From Lytechinus pictus (taxonomy: Eukaryota), in the NCBI RefSeq assembly GCF_037042905.1, contig NC_087251.1, positions 25,422,001 through 25,486,000 on the forward strand: 64,000 nucleotides of DNA. The letters run 5' to 3'. Both the position numbers and the translations under genes were made by a program. Each line of letters opens with the position of its first letter. The first letter of the stretch is position 1. Below the pieces are notes generated by a model that did no database searches, had not been told where the DNA came from, and worked only from the letters and a program-made list of their open reading frames with translations. Of this stretch, positions 38,180 through 52,306 are shown in pieces.

Positions 38180-41100
38180 TCAGCCTTGTTGCGTTGCTTC
38201 ATATGGCAGTGGAGTTATATCACTGTTTGATGTCATGGCATTGATTTCCCACCTAGTTCAACAAAAAAAGCATATTTTTAAAAAAATAATCAATGATTGT
38301 GCATTTCAATAACAAAACTCCAACAAATACACTACCACCTTTTACAGAAATAATGCAGGCATGATATTCCCCTCTGAAAAAAAATCTGAAAAGTAGCCAA
38401 GGGTGGCTAAGTCCCCGCCGAAGTCTGAGACGCCCCGGTCGGGGTTCCAAGCTCTCGCATAGTAAAGAAATCAAAAGTGATTTTTCAAGGTGAGTCTGCA
38501 TGATAGCTTTATCATTAAAAAAAAGCAGTAAAAAACAGCATGAGAATGTTATTGGGCAAAAGATTTCACGTTTAAAAAAATCTGAAAAAAAAATTATAAA
38601 AAAAATCAGAATTCTGATTTAAGTCGGGAGAATATCATGCCTGATAATGTCTAGAATTTGAAATAATAGTAATGATATCAATCTGCAGTTAAAATGATAT
38701 ATAACCTTCAGCAACATATTTCCTAATAATCAGTATTCTAGCAATCATTTACAAATAGAGTACTAGTATTCAAGAAGGCATGGCCTTAATATGATTCACC
38801 AAGCATGCAATGGACTAAGGGATGAGAAGTATGAAGAAATGACGAACAATGTAAGACTTTGCAAGAAATAAAACTCAGACGTATTAGGTTTATTGATATT
38901 TAAACGAAGGGAATTATTGTGAATGAGGTGTTACCTTAGTGTCTTGGGAAGACATGTAGTATCAATTCTCTCATCAATGATGGACATCTGACACATTGTT
39001 TTCAATGAAGGATCTATGTGAAATAAAGATAGATATAGAAAAAGAGAGCAGAGAGAGGGAAACAAAATAGATTCGTACAATAACCTAAATTTAACCACAT
39101 TCTGGATTTTCATATTTAATACATGTCGAGTGACCCTTGAAGCACTTGAATGTAACAAGTGGAGCGCCTCTGGCAGTCTGGCCTGCATTACGCGATTCAA
39201 TATAGCAGCAGTGCTGACTTTGAAAACTACTATTGAATAATAATTCACAATAGAAAACATTCATATGATAATACTAAACTATGTTCATTGACCCAAAATG
39301 ACCTTTGATCTGATCATGTGACCTAAGACTTGTGCAAAACAATCAGTGATACTTGATGTTTATGTTTCATGAACTAGATCCATATGATGGCAATTCAACA
39401 AATACCCCCAATATGGCCCAATTTGATTGGCCTTAACCCTAAAAGAGCCGGGTTATTTGGACCCCTCTAGCAGCCGGGGTGGGGCAGATCCCCCCCCCCC
39501 GAGATCTCGGCCTTCGATCGCGCGAGCGCCTCAAAAATTTGCACAGTGGTAGTCTGCAATCAAATCTACAAGGCTGTATGGTTTATTTTTTTGAAATAAT
39601 AAGATTTTTTATTTAGTGAATTAATTATGCTAATTTATGCATGAAATAAAACATTTGCTCTAATCAACTATCATACAGCCCCAAAACTGGTAATTTTTCA
39701 TTCCGTGCCTTTTAGGGTTAAATGACCTTTTATCTTGGTCATGTGACCTGAAACTCGCACAGGATGTTCAAGGATACATGGTTGCTCTTACAGTATATAC
39801 AGGAATTATTTGTACACTGCACATTAAAAACACGCTGTTGACGATGCCACCGCCGTTGCCGCTGCCGTCGGAAAAGCGGCGCCTATAGTCTCATTCTGCA
39901 ATGCAGGTGAGACAAAAATCACCTAAAACATTATTGGAATATTCATTTATTGGACAAGTATTAATTCTCTATCGAAACACTAAACAGGCATTTAGCGAAA
40001 TGCCTATGTGGCACTGCACAAAAGGTTATTGTTTAATCAGAAAATAGCAAGATTTCAATAGCTTAATAAAAATAGTAGCTGATATCTTGATTGATGGACA
40101 AGTATTAATTCTCTATCGAAACACTAAACAGGCATTTAGCGAAATGTCTATATGGCACTGCACAGAAGGTTCTTGTTTAATCAGAAAATAGCAAGATTTC
40201 AATGGCTCAATAAAAATAGTAGCTGATATCTTGATTGATTATAACTTCATAGAATAAGGGCCATATGGTTAAACCATTTATTACTGAATCCAGTAATTCC
40301 CTTATAACAACCATCCAGCTCAAAGATTCAAAATGTAAATTCACCATACCAACCACAAAAAAGTATACAGTATAGAACAATGTAGAAATGCTGGTACTAC
40401 ATCTTGCATCAAGATACAAAGATGACGTCATTCAAATTGAATTAATAGATAGGTACTCACCAAAATCTAAAATATGAAGATCAGCAAGATCAATAAGGTT
40501 CTCTCCAATACTACCACCAGGATTTGCTTTCTCTCTTGGACTGTGAAAGCAAACAAATCATATCATATGAACATTGTAATGATTGTTGAAAAAAAAGGCA
40601 GGATGACAGGAAATAATAGATTGCATTTACATGACTGAATTTTAACAACAGTAATCTTGTTGAGTGATTTTATGTTAAACCAGAAAATGAACTGTCTCTT
40701 TTTTTTTTATTCCTCTTCTTCTTTTTATTTCCTGTTCTTGTGGAATAATGATGTGTTTAAGTTGCACATAGGTAATTAATGGAGAAAATAAAAGCTACTT
40801 GAGATGGCTGCCATAAACATGAAATTTGAAACCAGACATATTTTTAAAATCAGAGTTGTTAATTGTTAATTTTCTTTTCTAAGGGAGAAGGGGGGGGGGG
40901 TTAGTGGGGACAGCAGAGTTACGTTCATTTTAAATTACTTTCAAACACCTACGCTGTTATAACCTTAGATTGCTTATAAGGCATCGCATTCTGATCATAC
41001 ACAAAGCTGCATTTAAAAATTTTGTCCTAATTGAATGGTGAAAATAGGAAACACATTCACAAGTTATTATATCGAGTGAACATCTCATGTGACTATTTAA

Positions 41101-44100
41101 AATGGTTCATTAAGACATGCATAGCTTTGTGAAACAACCCCTTGGTATAGCATAAAACAAAGGAGTACCTAGTTCCACCAAACATGATCATTCTATCTCC
41201 ATGCATAACACAGCACTGACGTCTTCTCTTACAAGGAACCTTTCCTCTACAGTGGACCTTCTTCCATTCAAATGATGACAGGTCTAGCTTGTGAACATCG
41301 TTGAAGTGTGTGTCAATGGTGTGGTTGAAGCCAGCAAACACGCATAAATGATTGTCATGTAATACTGTCATATGAGAAAGGAAATAAAGGGCGAGAATAT
41401 TGATTAGTTTCCCAGTTGGAAGACTACCACACTTTTGTGACATTTTTTAAATGCACATTCACATAGACTTTATTGCAAACAGTTACAAACCGATGCAATT
41501 TGAAAAACTGTCAATGCAACAAATATTGATGTTATATATTTCAATTTTTCCCTGAAGTTTGCATCATTCACATAACAATTACATGCTTACATCAACACTG
41601 CTGTCTGTTACTTACCGGTTGAATGGCTCCTCCTACCGATGGGCGGTGTACCGGTTGCTTTGGGTGAGGTCCAATCACAGTTCTTGATGTCAAATACTTT
41701 GAGCTCATTGCAGTAGAATTCTTGTCCAGTATACCAAGGACCTGATCGATCTGAACGACCTCCAAACACAAAGATCTGATCATTAACTGGGGTGGCAGTG
41801 TGAAAGTCCCTCCAGTGTGGTACATATCTCTGTAACAGGGACAGCAATGTATGAAATGATGCTAGTTACGTCTACTATGATGACCCAAAACTTCCTGTGT
41901 AATATGCATTATTTTTATCACTTGTCCTTACATTCAACTATTTGAAAATATTTAACAATTTGTAGTGAATATATGGAAAATTGGAAGGAAAATACCAAGT
42001 TAACATCTGAACTTTATAGGCTAGTTTTAGCTTCATTCATCTTGGGATCTATATTGTTACAACATGATGCATGCATTTAATAAGATTAAACTGTATGCTA
42101 CACGTAGGAATCATGAAAGATCTGAACTGGAATAAGATATGATAAACATACTCTTGGTTGTAACAACGTCCATTTCATATCCCTGAAATCCAGAGCATAT
42201 GTGAGGTTGGAGTAACTCTGAAGCTGTAGAAACAAATATAAAGATAAAATTTAAACATGATATTATGTTACATGACAAGATAGAATCATACTCTATGTAT
42301 AATGAAACAAGTGGAGCGCCCGCATTTTTTTGAATTCCGCGATTCAATACAGCAGCAGTGCTGACTTTGAAATCTTTTATAAAATAGTTATTCACAAAAA
42401 ACACCATTCATATATGATATAATTGACTTCATTGATCCTAAATGACATTTGACCTTGATCATGTAACCTGAGACTTGTCAGTGATACTTGATTATCCATA
42501 AAGTATCAGTTATGATGACAATTCAACAATAACCCCAAACATGGCCAAAGTTCATTGACCTTAAATGACTTTGACTTTGGTCATGTGACCTGAAAGTTGC
42601 AAGGGATGCTTAATGATACTTGATTACACTTATCTCCAAGTTATATTAATTTGATCCGTAAACTTTCAGAGTTATGATGGTGATTCAACAAATACCCCCA
42701 ACATGGCCAAAGTTCATTGATCTTTAATGACCTTTGACCTTGGTCATGAAATCTGAAACTCACACGGAATGTTCAGTGATACTAGATTATTCTTATCTTA
42801 AAGTTTTATGAACTAGACCAATAAACGTTCTAAAGTATAACATTTCAAAAACTTAACCTAAAAGATTTCAATGTTGATTCCCCCAAGTTCTAAATGACCT
42901 TTGACCTTGGTCATGTGACCTGAAACTCAGGCAGGATGTTCAGTAATACTTTATTGACCTTATATCCACATTTCATGAACTAGGTCCAAATACCTAGTTA
43001 TGGTATCATTTCAAAAACTTAACCTTTGGTCAAGATTTCAATATTGACGCTGCCGTCGGAAAAGCAGGGCCTATAGTCTCGCTCTGCTATGCAGGCAAGA
43101 CAAAAACCGAAAAAGCAAAACTACCAGTACAACCAGTAAATGATACATGACCAGTTAAGGTCATATGTTTAATAATCTTATACAATACAAATATCAGACA
43201 CAAAGATTATACAGTATTCAGCACTTTAACCATAAAATTACCAGTTTGTCAGTATCATTCTCTCAAATGAATTTCCAAACATGAAATCACTATTTTGGAA
43301 TTCACTATCTATATCAAAATATAAATGCAAAAATGTCAAAAATTAATACTGGGTGACTATTACATTTAAATTGGTAGTACCATAGAACACAGAGGGCCAG
43401 AGAACATGTGGGCGTGTCGTATATCATATAAGATATCAATTTCAAAATCAATATCGAAGTCTACATAAAAAATACCATTTGATACAATTAATCATAAGAT
43501 CAAATAGATAGTTTTATGTTAAAAAGCACTGAAATACTTTGGTTAGTTATCAAATCTACAATCAATGGCGGAGTGTCACCCCCCTTCCATAGGAAATTTT
43601 TTTATAACATTTATAACTACAAAATTAGAAACCTACAGTATATCTGCCTAAGTCAAATCTGTATGGAGCACAGAAATCTGTTCCATATTCAATAATACAT
43701 GTATGATATTCTTGTCAAAAAAATGTTATGACTTTGGCAATTATTCAACTTAATCAAAGCTAAACTTATGCAGACTCTGCTCTTGATTTTAAAAAATATG
43801 AAATAAAAAGAATAAACTAATTATAACCAAAAATAAAAATAAATGCAAAATATGTTGACAGCAGTTCATGTTTACATACCAAGTCTATGAAACCACCAAA
43901 GACATACATCCTGTGTCCAATAATACATGCAGAATGGCCGTCAGTAGCATCAGGCAGTTGACCTGTAGGTGTCTCAAGGGTCCATCGACTGGTTTCTGTA
44001 AAAAATGATTAAATAAAATGAGTAACTATAGGATTTAATTTGACAATCACCTTCACACAGTAGAAAATTAGAAGTTTTTTTTTTCATGCACATATATGTA

Positions 44101-45793
44101 CAGTAACTCTCACCATGAAATATCAAAGATGGTAGGCTACTGCAGCGTATGTCACCTCACCTGTGTGTAAGCTAATAACCCAGAGGTTCTCAATTAGTTT
44201 GTTAAAGGTAAAAGATAGTAGCTGCAGCAAACAATTATTTCATGAGAAAGTCTTTAAAATCAAGGTTAATTGTCACCATATTATCATATATCTAGATATG
44301 GTATATTAATGAAAACTTATCTTTGGGAAATCATAAAATCTTAGCTCAAAACCGATAATTCTGATGATCACTAACACAGAAAAGCATATGTGGGACACTG
44401 TATTAATATTGCTTGGAAAAATACCCGACATTTAATGGAATTCCGTGTTTATTTTGCTCATTTCTCAACAATTGCACATTTTCTTCCAAAGCTACTTGGC
44501 ACATATTTTAAATACAAACACTTGGGTGGTAATTTCATTGGATTCTGTTCAAACTCATTTTGAGATCGTTACCACAACAGGCATTTATCGTTAAATGCCA
44601 CATTTGTTATCTGAAATCTTCACTGTGCAACTGGTGGTGGTGATAATGATGATGGTGATAGTGATGATGATGATGATGGTAATGCTGATGATGAGGATGA
44701 TGACGATAACGATGCAATGACAACGACAATCTTGAAAAAATTTAGAGTCACATATTAGAATCGCTTCAAACATTCAACTTACTGGTGTCAAAGCTGTAGA
44801 GTTTATTATCTGCTCCCGATGTATCATTACGACCACCCCAGAGGTATACCTTATCATTGTAAACCACCACTGAATGCCCATACCTCTGAAACGGGATGTG
44901 TCTAGGACATTCATTGGGACCATTGGAGTGTGGTAGTTTGGACCATTTTAATCTTCCTGTGGAAACAAGAAGAAATGAATAGGGGTTGATAGAATATTCA
45001 TGATTCCAATATTTCTGAAACACACAGATAAAATGTTTCCATGAAAGTAAAGGAATCTAAAACAAATCAAATTGAATCACTTACTAATACCACACTAATA
45101 CCATAACATGTCAAAGTATCATAGGATATTCAGTTTGCAAAATAAATTTACACCTGAGGCCCGTTTCATAGAGGATTTGCAACTGTTGTAACTTTGCCAT
45201 AATGGCAACTACCATAGTAACGGGGCTCAGCAGCCAATCAGAATCAAGCTTTCCATGGTAGTTGCCATAATGGCAAAGCTACAACAGTTGCAAGTCCTTT
45301 ATGAAACGGGCCCCAGGTCTCCTATATTTACATAAAAATCACAGAGAGAATATTGATTCATTTGTCAAAGATACCATGGGCGGATCCAGGATTTTCCAAA
45401 AGGGGGGGGGGAGGGGGGGGAAATATTCCCAAGGAAAATTTGGCAAGCAAGAAAAAAAATTAAGGACATTTCATCCACAAAAAATATGACAAACACAACA
45501 ACAACAAAAAATCCTGGATCTGCCAGTGAAAGATACATTGATAAAATCTTATGCAAATGCACTTTGAAAATGCATGTGTACACAGAGTTTTTATGTTACA
45601 ACAATATGAAAATAAGTAAGATACTGGTTGTTGACTTACCAATACTGAATACAAATGCATCAATTGGATTCCTGTGCTCATAGTCACCTCCTGTACAATA
45701 ACCTCCAAAAGAGTAGATGAGATCACCTACACTAACTGCTGCATGGTTAACCCTTCTTGGTCCACCGTCAGTATGCACAATCCAATGTGCCAT
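38180..45793 (-). CDS. KLHDC3: Kelch domain-containing protein 3 (CRL2 C-degron substrate receptor), 385 aa, 9 coding exons
   Basis: Exons 45793-45640, 44956-44783, 43995-43880, 42223-42152, 41829-41616, 41364-41169, 40540-40461, 39013-38935, 38252-38180; GT-AG, phases match, 1158 nt. Recognisable KLHDC3 stretches: GGPRRVNHAAV, RYGHS..LWGGRND, WRDFHTAT, GRRSHS, PCKRRRQCC, DLHILDFDPSLKTMC (BC box), LRWEINAMTSNS. Confidence 0.95.
39152..39918 (-). mobile_element. Interspersed repeat, probably Helentron-associated (HINE/DINE-1-like), in a KLHDC3 intron
   Basis: Homologous to 42306-43106; T-rich insertion site, subterminal inverted motif (GTCTCGCCTGCA-like), internal TGACCTTTGACC repeats. Confidence 0.6.
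39437..39717. mobile_element. piggyBac-like MITE
   Basis: TTAA|CCCTAAAAG...CTTTTAGGG|TTAA; nested in the 39152-39918 repeat, whose sister copy has a single TTAA (~42561). Confidence 0.75.
39951..40238. repeat. 144-bp tandem duplication in a KLHDC3 intron
   Basis: 39951-40094 is repeated at 40095-40238 with few mismatches. Confidence 0.9.
42306..43106 (-). mobile_element. Second copy of the HINE-like repeat with internal ~165-bp tandem units
   Basis: Begins AACAAGTGGAGCGCC and ends GCAGGCAAGACAAAAA like 39152-39918; repeated CCCCAACATGGCCAAAGTTCATTGA units. Confidence 0.6.
44206..44590. mobile_element. Degenerate TTAA-flanked MITE
   Basis: TTAA|AGGTAAA...TTTATCG|TTAA with eroded TIRs. Confidence 0.4.
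44632..44727. repeat. Imperfect (GAT)n microsatellite
   Basis: GATGATGAT runs in a KLHDC3 intron. Confidence 0.85.
45154..45316. mobile_element. Short palindromic MITE (PIF/Harbinger-like, CWG flanks)
   Basis: GGCCCGTTTCATAGAGGA...TCCTTTATGAAACGGGCC; shares the core ACCATAGTAAC..CTCAGCAGCCAATCAGAATCAAG with 1-160 and resembles 13858-14015. Confidence 0.7.
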
Positions 45794-46398
45794 CACATGA
45801 GAAAGGATTACCAGTCTTGCAAGGTTTGTTTCTTGTTATTGGATTCTATGATTAAAAAAACAGAGAAATATTACATTAAATTGCGTTATGAGTGTCAACT
45901 TGAAGATTCAAGAAACATTTGCTTGTTGACAGCATGTACATGTAGCAAGAAAACAAAAATTAAACAATCCGCTTGAAAGTACATTGAGCACATGTATGTA
46001 GACTACAGCAAAGAGAAGATTTGAAACAAGTGGTTATGAATTCAAATGAATAACCTATTGTTTTATATTGTCTACTTCAGGCTATCCCTGCCAAGGCTAA
46101 AACTCTGATGCAAACTGACTCAGACACTGTTGATTTGTCAACACTCACAGTGCAAACATTAATAAGGTCAGGGATTTCAATCATGATAAACATGGTTGAT
46201 GGATGGTCAATCAAGAAGTCACTTCGTCAAAGGTATACAACAGAAATAATCATAATCTAATTTTTAAGCCCTTAAACTAATTTTTTTCAGTCATTTATAG
46301 CATAACTTTTTACATTTCAGACAATGAAATAAAATGTGAATTTTTCTGTTCTAGATACTAGTAACCAATCTATGCTGTTACTATAATTTGTATTATTT

Positions 46399-46550
46399 CA
46401 GACAGACATACGGAAGGATGGATGGATATTGGATAGATTTATAGATAGATAGATGGATAGAATAGATAGATTTATAGATAGACCAGGGAAGTGGGAGCTA
46501 GACCCACTTCCCTGGATAGACAGATAGATAGATACTTTTAGACAGACAGA
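46399..46550. repeat. Imperfect (GATA/GACA)n microsatellite
   Basis: TAGA/CAGA/GGAT tetranucleotide runs. Confidence 0.75.
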
Positions 46551-48551
46551 AGGTAGTAAATGGCAAATAGGCACAAGTGCAAATTTAAGAGATTTTGTAT
46601 GAGGCAAAAGAAAGATGATCTATTCAAGGAGGCATGGTGAAGATGAATTGAGTGTCACCTTAGCTATGCCTCATTGAATAGAGCATCTCTCTTTTACCAA
46701 ATATGAACATATGAACTGGCACGAAGAGGAATTTTGCCAAAGTTAGCAAAAATACAAATAATCAATTTTTTTCCTAAGTTCATCAATGAAAATGAGGAAA
46801 GAAGTACTGAAAGCAAACAAGCTAAATCTCTGAGCAGTATGCCTAGCTTGAATCATATCTGCAGTAATGGTGCCTATTTTAATAGCCAGTAGGCCCTACA
46901 TGTAATGCCCCTGCATACTTTAATAGTTCAAAGAATATATGTTGGATAACCATGCAATAGTATATTATTACAAATGTTGTACATGTACATTAAGCCTTCA
47001 ATTTGCTTGCATGCATACAAAAAGCTATGAAGTCAGCGATACTGTATAGTGTATACATGTACATGTGTAAAAGCTGAAACCTTACAAAAATCCTGTCTGG
47101 TTCATTAAGGATCTCCATCGCCAATTGGCCATACTGCCCCTTCAACGCCTACATTGTACATGAAACAGTCAAGGACATGATTACATAAACACATGTATGC
47201 ATTAAAGGGGAAGTTCACCTATAGAACTACATTGTATTGTACTTTCTAAGTGGCATAATTCAAGATTGAAAATTCAAAATCTCTTTGCCATGCATGACAT
47301 CAGAACTGCAAAATTCAAACCCTAAAAACACAAAAGTTTTAATAGATTTTCTTTCAATGAGAAATTTATCCACATTGTGCTGCACTCACCCAGGTGAGGG
47401 AAATTGGAAAGATTAATGCTTGCTGATCAAGCAGCAGCTCGAGCTAAAGCTGGGATAATACAGTCATGCTTTGTAATTTGTAGAAAAACACTACATAGAT
47501 ATAATTCAGATATTATCTTCATTCTATATGTATTCATTGTTACAGTACATGTATGTTTCTCTAATAGTCTCTGTTACATCCTTTATATAAAAAAAACTTG
47601 ATGACTTCATCTTCAAACATAAAACTAAAAAAATACATATATCAATGATTTTTTATAGAAAATCCATTCAAGAAAAAAAAAGAATATTAATGTTGTGGCA
47701 TCACATAAAAGCAGCTACCTCATGTCATATCACATTTTCAGCTGCATTTGTTCACCCACAAAAGATGGAAAAAGTTTCCTAAAATACATGAATAGATCTA
47801 CATGTATATAAAACCCATTAAAGCTACATTTTTCCATGCAAGACCAGAATACTATATTTCTTCTTTAATTCTAACTGCATATCTCATCAAATTTTGTATG
47901 ACAAACATGTGGGGGAAAAAATGAATAAAAGTTGAAGATGGGTCATAGAAACTTCATGACAAGATAAAATTGAATTGAGTGCAATAAAACTCAAAGGACA
48001 TGGCACTAGCATTGTAGATTTCATGTTTGTAAATTAATTTGCATTCAATTTCATGAAACAATACATGAACACTTTGATGGAATGACATGTGATAAATCAC
48101 ACAGGTACCAAGAAACTTCCTTGCATGTACTCTACATTTGAATTTTAAATTTAGGGCCCTGTATTGTAAAGATTGCAATCAATGATAACTATCCTTTGTG
48201 CCTTCTTGCCGCACACTAATTGTGGGAGTTTGATAAACAAAGCCTTAAATACCACTGACAACCCATGCCTCACAATGCATTTTTTTTTAGTTATAGATTT
48301 TGTGCATTTTAATGTATGGGTTTGGATCACTATTCCAATGTACAAGATTATGATAAGTTTGTTCCTAGTAACCCATGTGTGGTTGGCAAAGTTTGGAAAA
48401 TGTTTTGCTTATTTTCTCTTGATCAAGTGGAAAAATGCTTGATATGTTGGCATAGCATCTACTCAGTTAAAGATGGCTGCCTCCAGTTGTATGTGATTTG
48501 GTCAGTATACTGACAAAGACTTGAATGATTTTATTATTTCAGTGGACATAC

Positions 48552-48630
48552 TCAGTGTGCATATCCTCTGATGTGCAAAAAGAACAAGATGGCCACGTAA
48601 ACATCGCGGCAAGTTTTCCGTCTTTTCTCG
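48552..48630 (-). promoter_or_regulatory. Candidate non-coding first exon/TSS region of KLHDC3
   Basis: CpG-containing patch with a YY1-like CAAGATGGCC motif (~48582-48591) and a - strand donor GTATGT at 48551. The ATG-bearing exon has an acceptor at ~45846, which implies an upstream non-coding exon. Confidence 0.35.
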
Positions 48631-48770
48631 TTCTTTTTTAAAGAATTCTTGTTTAAAAATGAAATCAGTATCGTATAAATGTCAGAAATGAAGTTGTATC
48701 CTATTTCTGATTTAGGGCTAAATATTTTAGAGGTAGAAATCTCGGGGGCAAATTTTTTTTCACGGTACAC

Positions 48771-49850
48771 TAGTACTGTTGTCGGGAACAAAAATCCATG
48801 TCGACATGTCGCTTAAAAATTAATCCCGACATCGACAATGTCGACATGAAAAAGGGACCGTGATTTAGCCTAGGCTCCCTAACATAAAAAAAAAATCATT
48901 CGATCCTGGAACATAACACTCTCAATCAAATGTATTCACCTTTACACGAGTGATATCCCCACACTAGATCTATATGATACAGGCTCAGTTCGGGAAAACA
49001 TATTTTCAATAAGCTAGAGTGAATTCACTTCCAAAATCACTGATTTAATCCACATTTTTTTCTGGAGAATCAAGTTTTTGTACCACGATCCGGTGACCGG
49101 TCTCGAAGGCATTGCGCAATAACACTCGGAGCCAATTTGAGAATCATCAATTACAACAGTGATCATTGCGTATTGTACGCTGGTACACATGTGCTGCAAA
49201 TGCAAACTCCTCAAATTGACAATAAAAAATAATTAAAATCGACTGATAATTTCAGTATCACTTCCGCGGCGATCCGTGCAACGATCTCCAAACGAAGGAA
49301 GGGAAGTTTACTGTGACTTCGTGATATGAAGTAAGCGCTCAATTGCGGCGGTCACAACTTTGACAAAAACACGTGTTCGCTGCTGCTCACGTTTATGTGA
49401 AAAGTAATGCATTGAGGAGCAACGTATTATCAAGCACGGTGAATAGCGATGGGTACATATTTCCGTGGATGGGTACGGTGAATGCTACTACGCTACGCTC
49501 GCTATAGCGCTAGATATAGATCTAGAGCGATCATCGGGATCGACAAGGGCGGCTTGATCGGGCAGGCCGGCCCCGCACGGACGCATTTCTGCAGCCGCGC
49601 AGCTCGCAGGTATTCATTTTTCATTTAATGCGCTGCTAAGCTGAATAAACCTTTTAATCGCGCCAATTACTGTGGATAAATGCTTCTAACTTTTCAGCTA
49701 AGCTTTACCCTCGTGACTTTAGGCTAGACCCCTTTTTATTTTATGTTTACATGTCGATGTGGGTGCGTGCATGTCGACATGTCGGAAACATTGAAAATCC
49801 TTTGTATGTCGACATCAATGTCGATATGAGGCCTATCGACAACAGCACTA
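48771..49850. mobile_element. Non-autonomous hAT-type DNA transposon, 1080 bp
   Basis: TIR TAGTACTGTTGTCG / CGACAACAGCACTA (1 mismatch in 14); perfect 8-bp TSD CGGTACAC at 48763-48770 and 49851-49858; subterminal TGTCGACA/TCGACA repeats at both ends. Confidence 0.85.
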
Positions 49851-52306
49851 CGGTACACACACATGAATGGGATGCAATCCTGGCTACGTGGAGAGTAATA
49901 AGCACATGTTAGTGAATGATTTTTACTCTCAAGGAGCCTCCTGGCTAGGCGCATGACACCTATTGTTCCCATGGGTGCAATGGATATATTTCCACAATCC
50001 TTCATTTGCTGGGCATATGTCCCCAGGGGAAATCAATGTTTTTCACCTTGATTCGATGTGCCTCACGCCCCGACCTTGATATTTTCACCAAATAGGCTAA
50101 TAAAGTGGGGACATCAAGTGCAAGTATAATAAGAGAGACAAGCTATATAGCTCTCAAGGTTACATTAGCATTCAAGATTACATGTACATTAGCTATCAAT
50201 GTTAATTTTGGTTACAAGACTAAGGTTAATATTGTTGTAATATATGGGGACATCATTAGAGAGAGATACTCTCTAGCTATCATGAGATTAATTTATCCAA
50301 CGATGTTAAGTATTACAAGAGAGACAAGCTTTACTTTACTTGCTATCGAGGTTATTTACTTTAAGTATTTTCATATTTTATAGGGACAAATTAAGTGCAT
50401 GTTTAATTAATAGATAGTTGACTAGTTGAGGATGGATGAAGACGTGGGTGCACGCATAGAGAGAGACAGAGGTGTGTGAAGAGAAGCTTCATCTTTTTTA
50501 TTTGGCACCTAGCTACATGTATTTCAATTCAAAACAAATCAAGCAATAAGCACACTGACAAATAAAACTAACGTGAATTCATATCAATGACAATGGATTT
50601 ATTGCAATCCGAACGAGGTGCCATGGAATGTAACGATCAGGAAATATTGGTACATTCAGGTAGTGAAGGATGTTAATTCTTTAAGAAGCAGATGAACTTA
50701 ATTAATCAGTAAGCAGAACAAAAACTTGGACCAACTTGTAACAATTTTTTATAGATCTATTCTAGGCTACAAAGTCAAACAAAGTCCAAGACCAAGTCCA
50801 AGAAAAAAGTGGATCCGATAAAATTTTAACGTTGTCAACCAAGCTGGTAATTTAATTTAGGCAGTTCAGAAAGGTAAACAGGTAAAAAACAATTAGGGTC
50901 TAGACCAATGCTTTATCATTATTCCCATGGCATACTAGTAGTTCCAATCTGTTAACGCGAATAAATTCTTCGTGATTTGAACAGGTGACAATTGCAGATC
51001 ATTCTGCGGTACGCGGTGCAAAATAATCAATACGTGGGACACGTAACAAAGCAGTCAGCATCACTATCGCGGAGCTGAGCCTGGATGGATTTCCATTTGA
51101 TAGTATTCTTCTTTTTATGAACCAAGAGCCAAAACTTAATTTAATAAACGGCTGGAAATTACTAGTAATATTGAATTACTTAATGTCACAAATAATTATG
51201 GAAATACTTACACTGCAGATATCACTTTTAAAGTTTATTCTGCTTTCAGTCGAGGAACTTCGTTATTAGCTTGTTGCTGTCACGCACGGTAAACAAGAGT
51301 ACCGGCCGTATCGTCCGTGATTTCATCCGTGTGCTATTCGAATACTGCTATCAAGGAAAAGTTATAACCCCCATTTATTTGTGTGTATCAGATCTCGTAC
51401 ACACCAATCATACTAGGAATTACCAGCTAGCCAAGTGTAAGTGTTGATATATCCGCAGCACAAATGACTCACGAATGACGCAACAAATTCAACATGCAGT
51501 AATGGCACGCAGGGGCAGAATTCGTCCAATATAAAACCCGGAAAATACAAAATAAAATAAAAACAGAATTAAATTATAAGAAATGATATAAAAAAAAGAT
51601 AAATAAAACAGAATAAACTGTAATGGATTTGCATTTCAGTTTAAGTCTATGAGAGAAACAATTAAGCAAAAAGAAGTTCCGGATGTTTGGTCACACTTTA
51701 CTTTAATTTCAGCTTAATTCCAACACGGTTTATTACCAGTTATTGTCTAGACTAAGCACAAACCTGATCGATTAACCCCAAATCACATCGAGACCCGGGT
51801 AACAAATGTTTTAAATCCAAGCTGCATGTTCCACAATCGCAACAACGTGTTTTATATTATTATTCTAAAACATTTTCAACAGCCTTCTGTGTAAATCGAC
51901 GACAACGGCTGATGAATACGGAAGTTGAAGCTTACCAGGAGAAAAAAATTAAGAGAATAGTAAAGGATCGACCCATGACCACTTCTATCACCAGCAAAAA
52001 AATACACATATTTGTCTTTTTGTTTTTCTTCAAATGTTTTTTAACCGATATCTCTTCAGACAAATGAATGCAATTAGCTTAGGCCCCCTTAGGCCTAAAT
52101 AAATTGAATGTAGGCCTAGACAGCAAATTTCAATATAGCATTTCTGTTTCCTAATGGCATATGCCCCTTTTTAATACTGACTAATATGATCAAGAGTTCA
52201 TTGGCTTTGTTTACTTCACGAAGTTTATTCTTATTCGATGTGACTAATTGGTCTACGAAAACCCACATTAGAAAGTGTCCATCTCCATCTGGACCCTAAT
52301 AAAGCA

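Noticed and set aside
6541..45793. RAG1-like transposase relic near a six-kelch gene, suggesting a RAG1L-RAG2L (ProtoRAG) locus
   Set aside because: The kelch gene is a clear KLHDC3 orthologue with a BC box and no PHD finger. It lies ~22 kb outside the TIRs and on the same strand as the relic. The TSD is 4 bp, not the 5 bp of Transib/ProtoRAG. The proximity is most likely chance.
50100..50400. Loose repeats of GAGAGACAAGCT / GGGACATCA
   Set aside because: Too degenerate to define a unit or assign a function.
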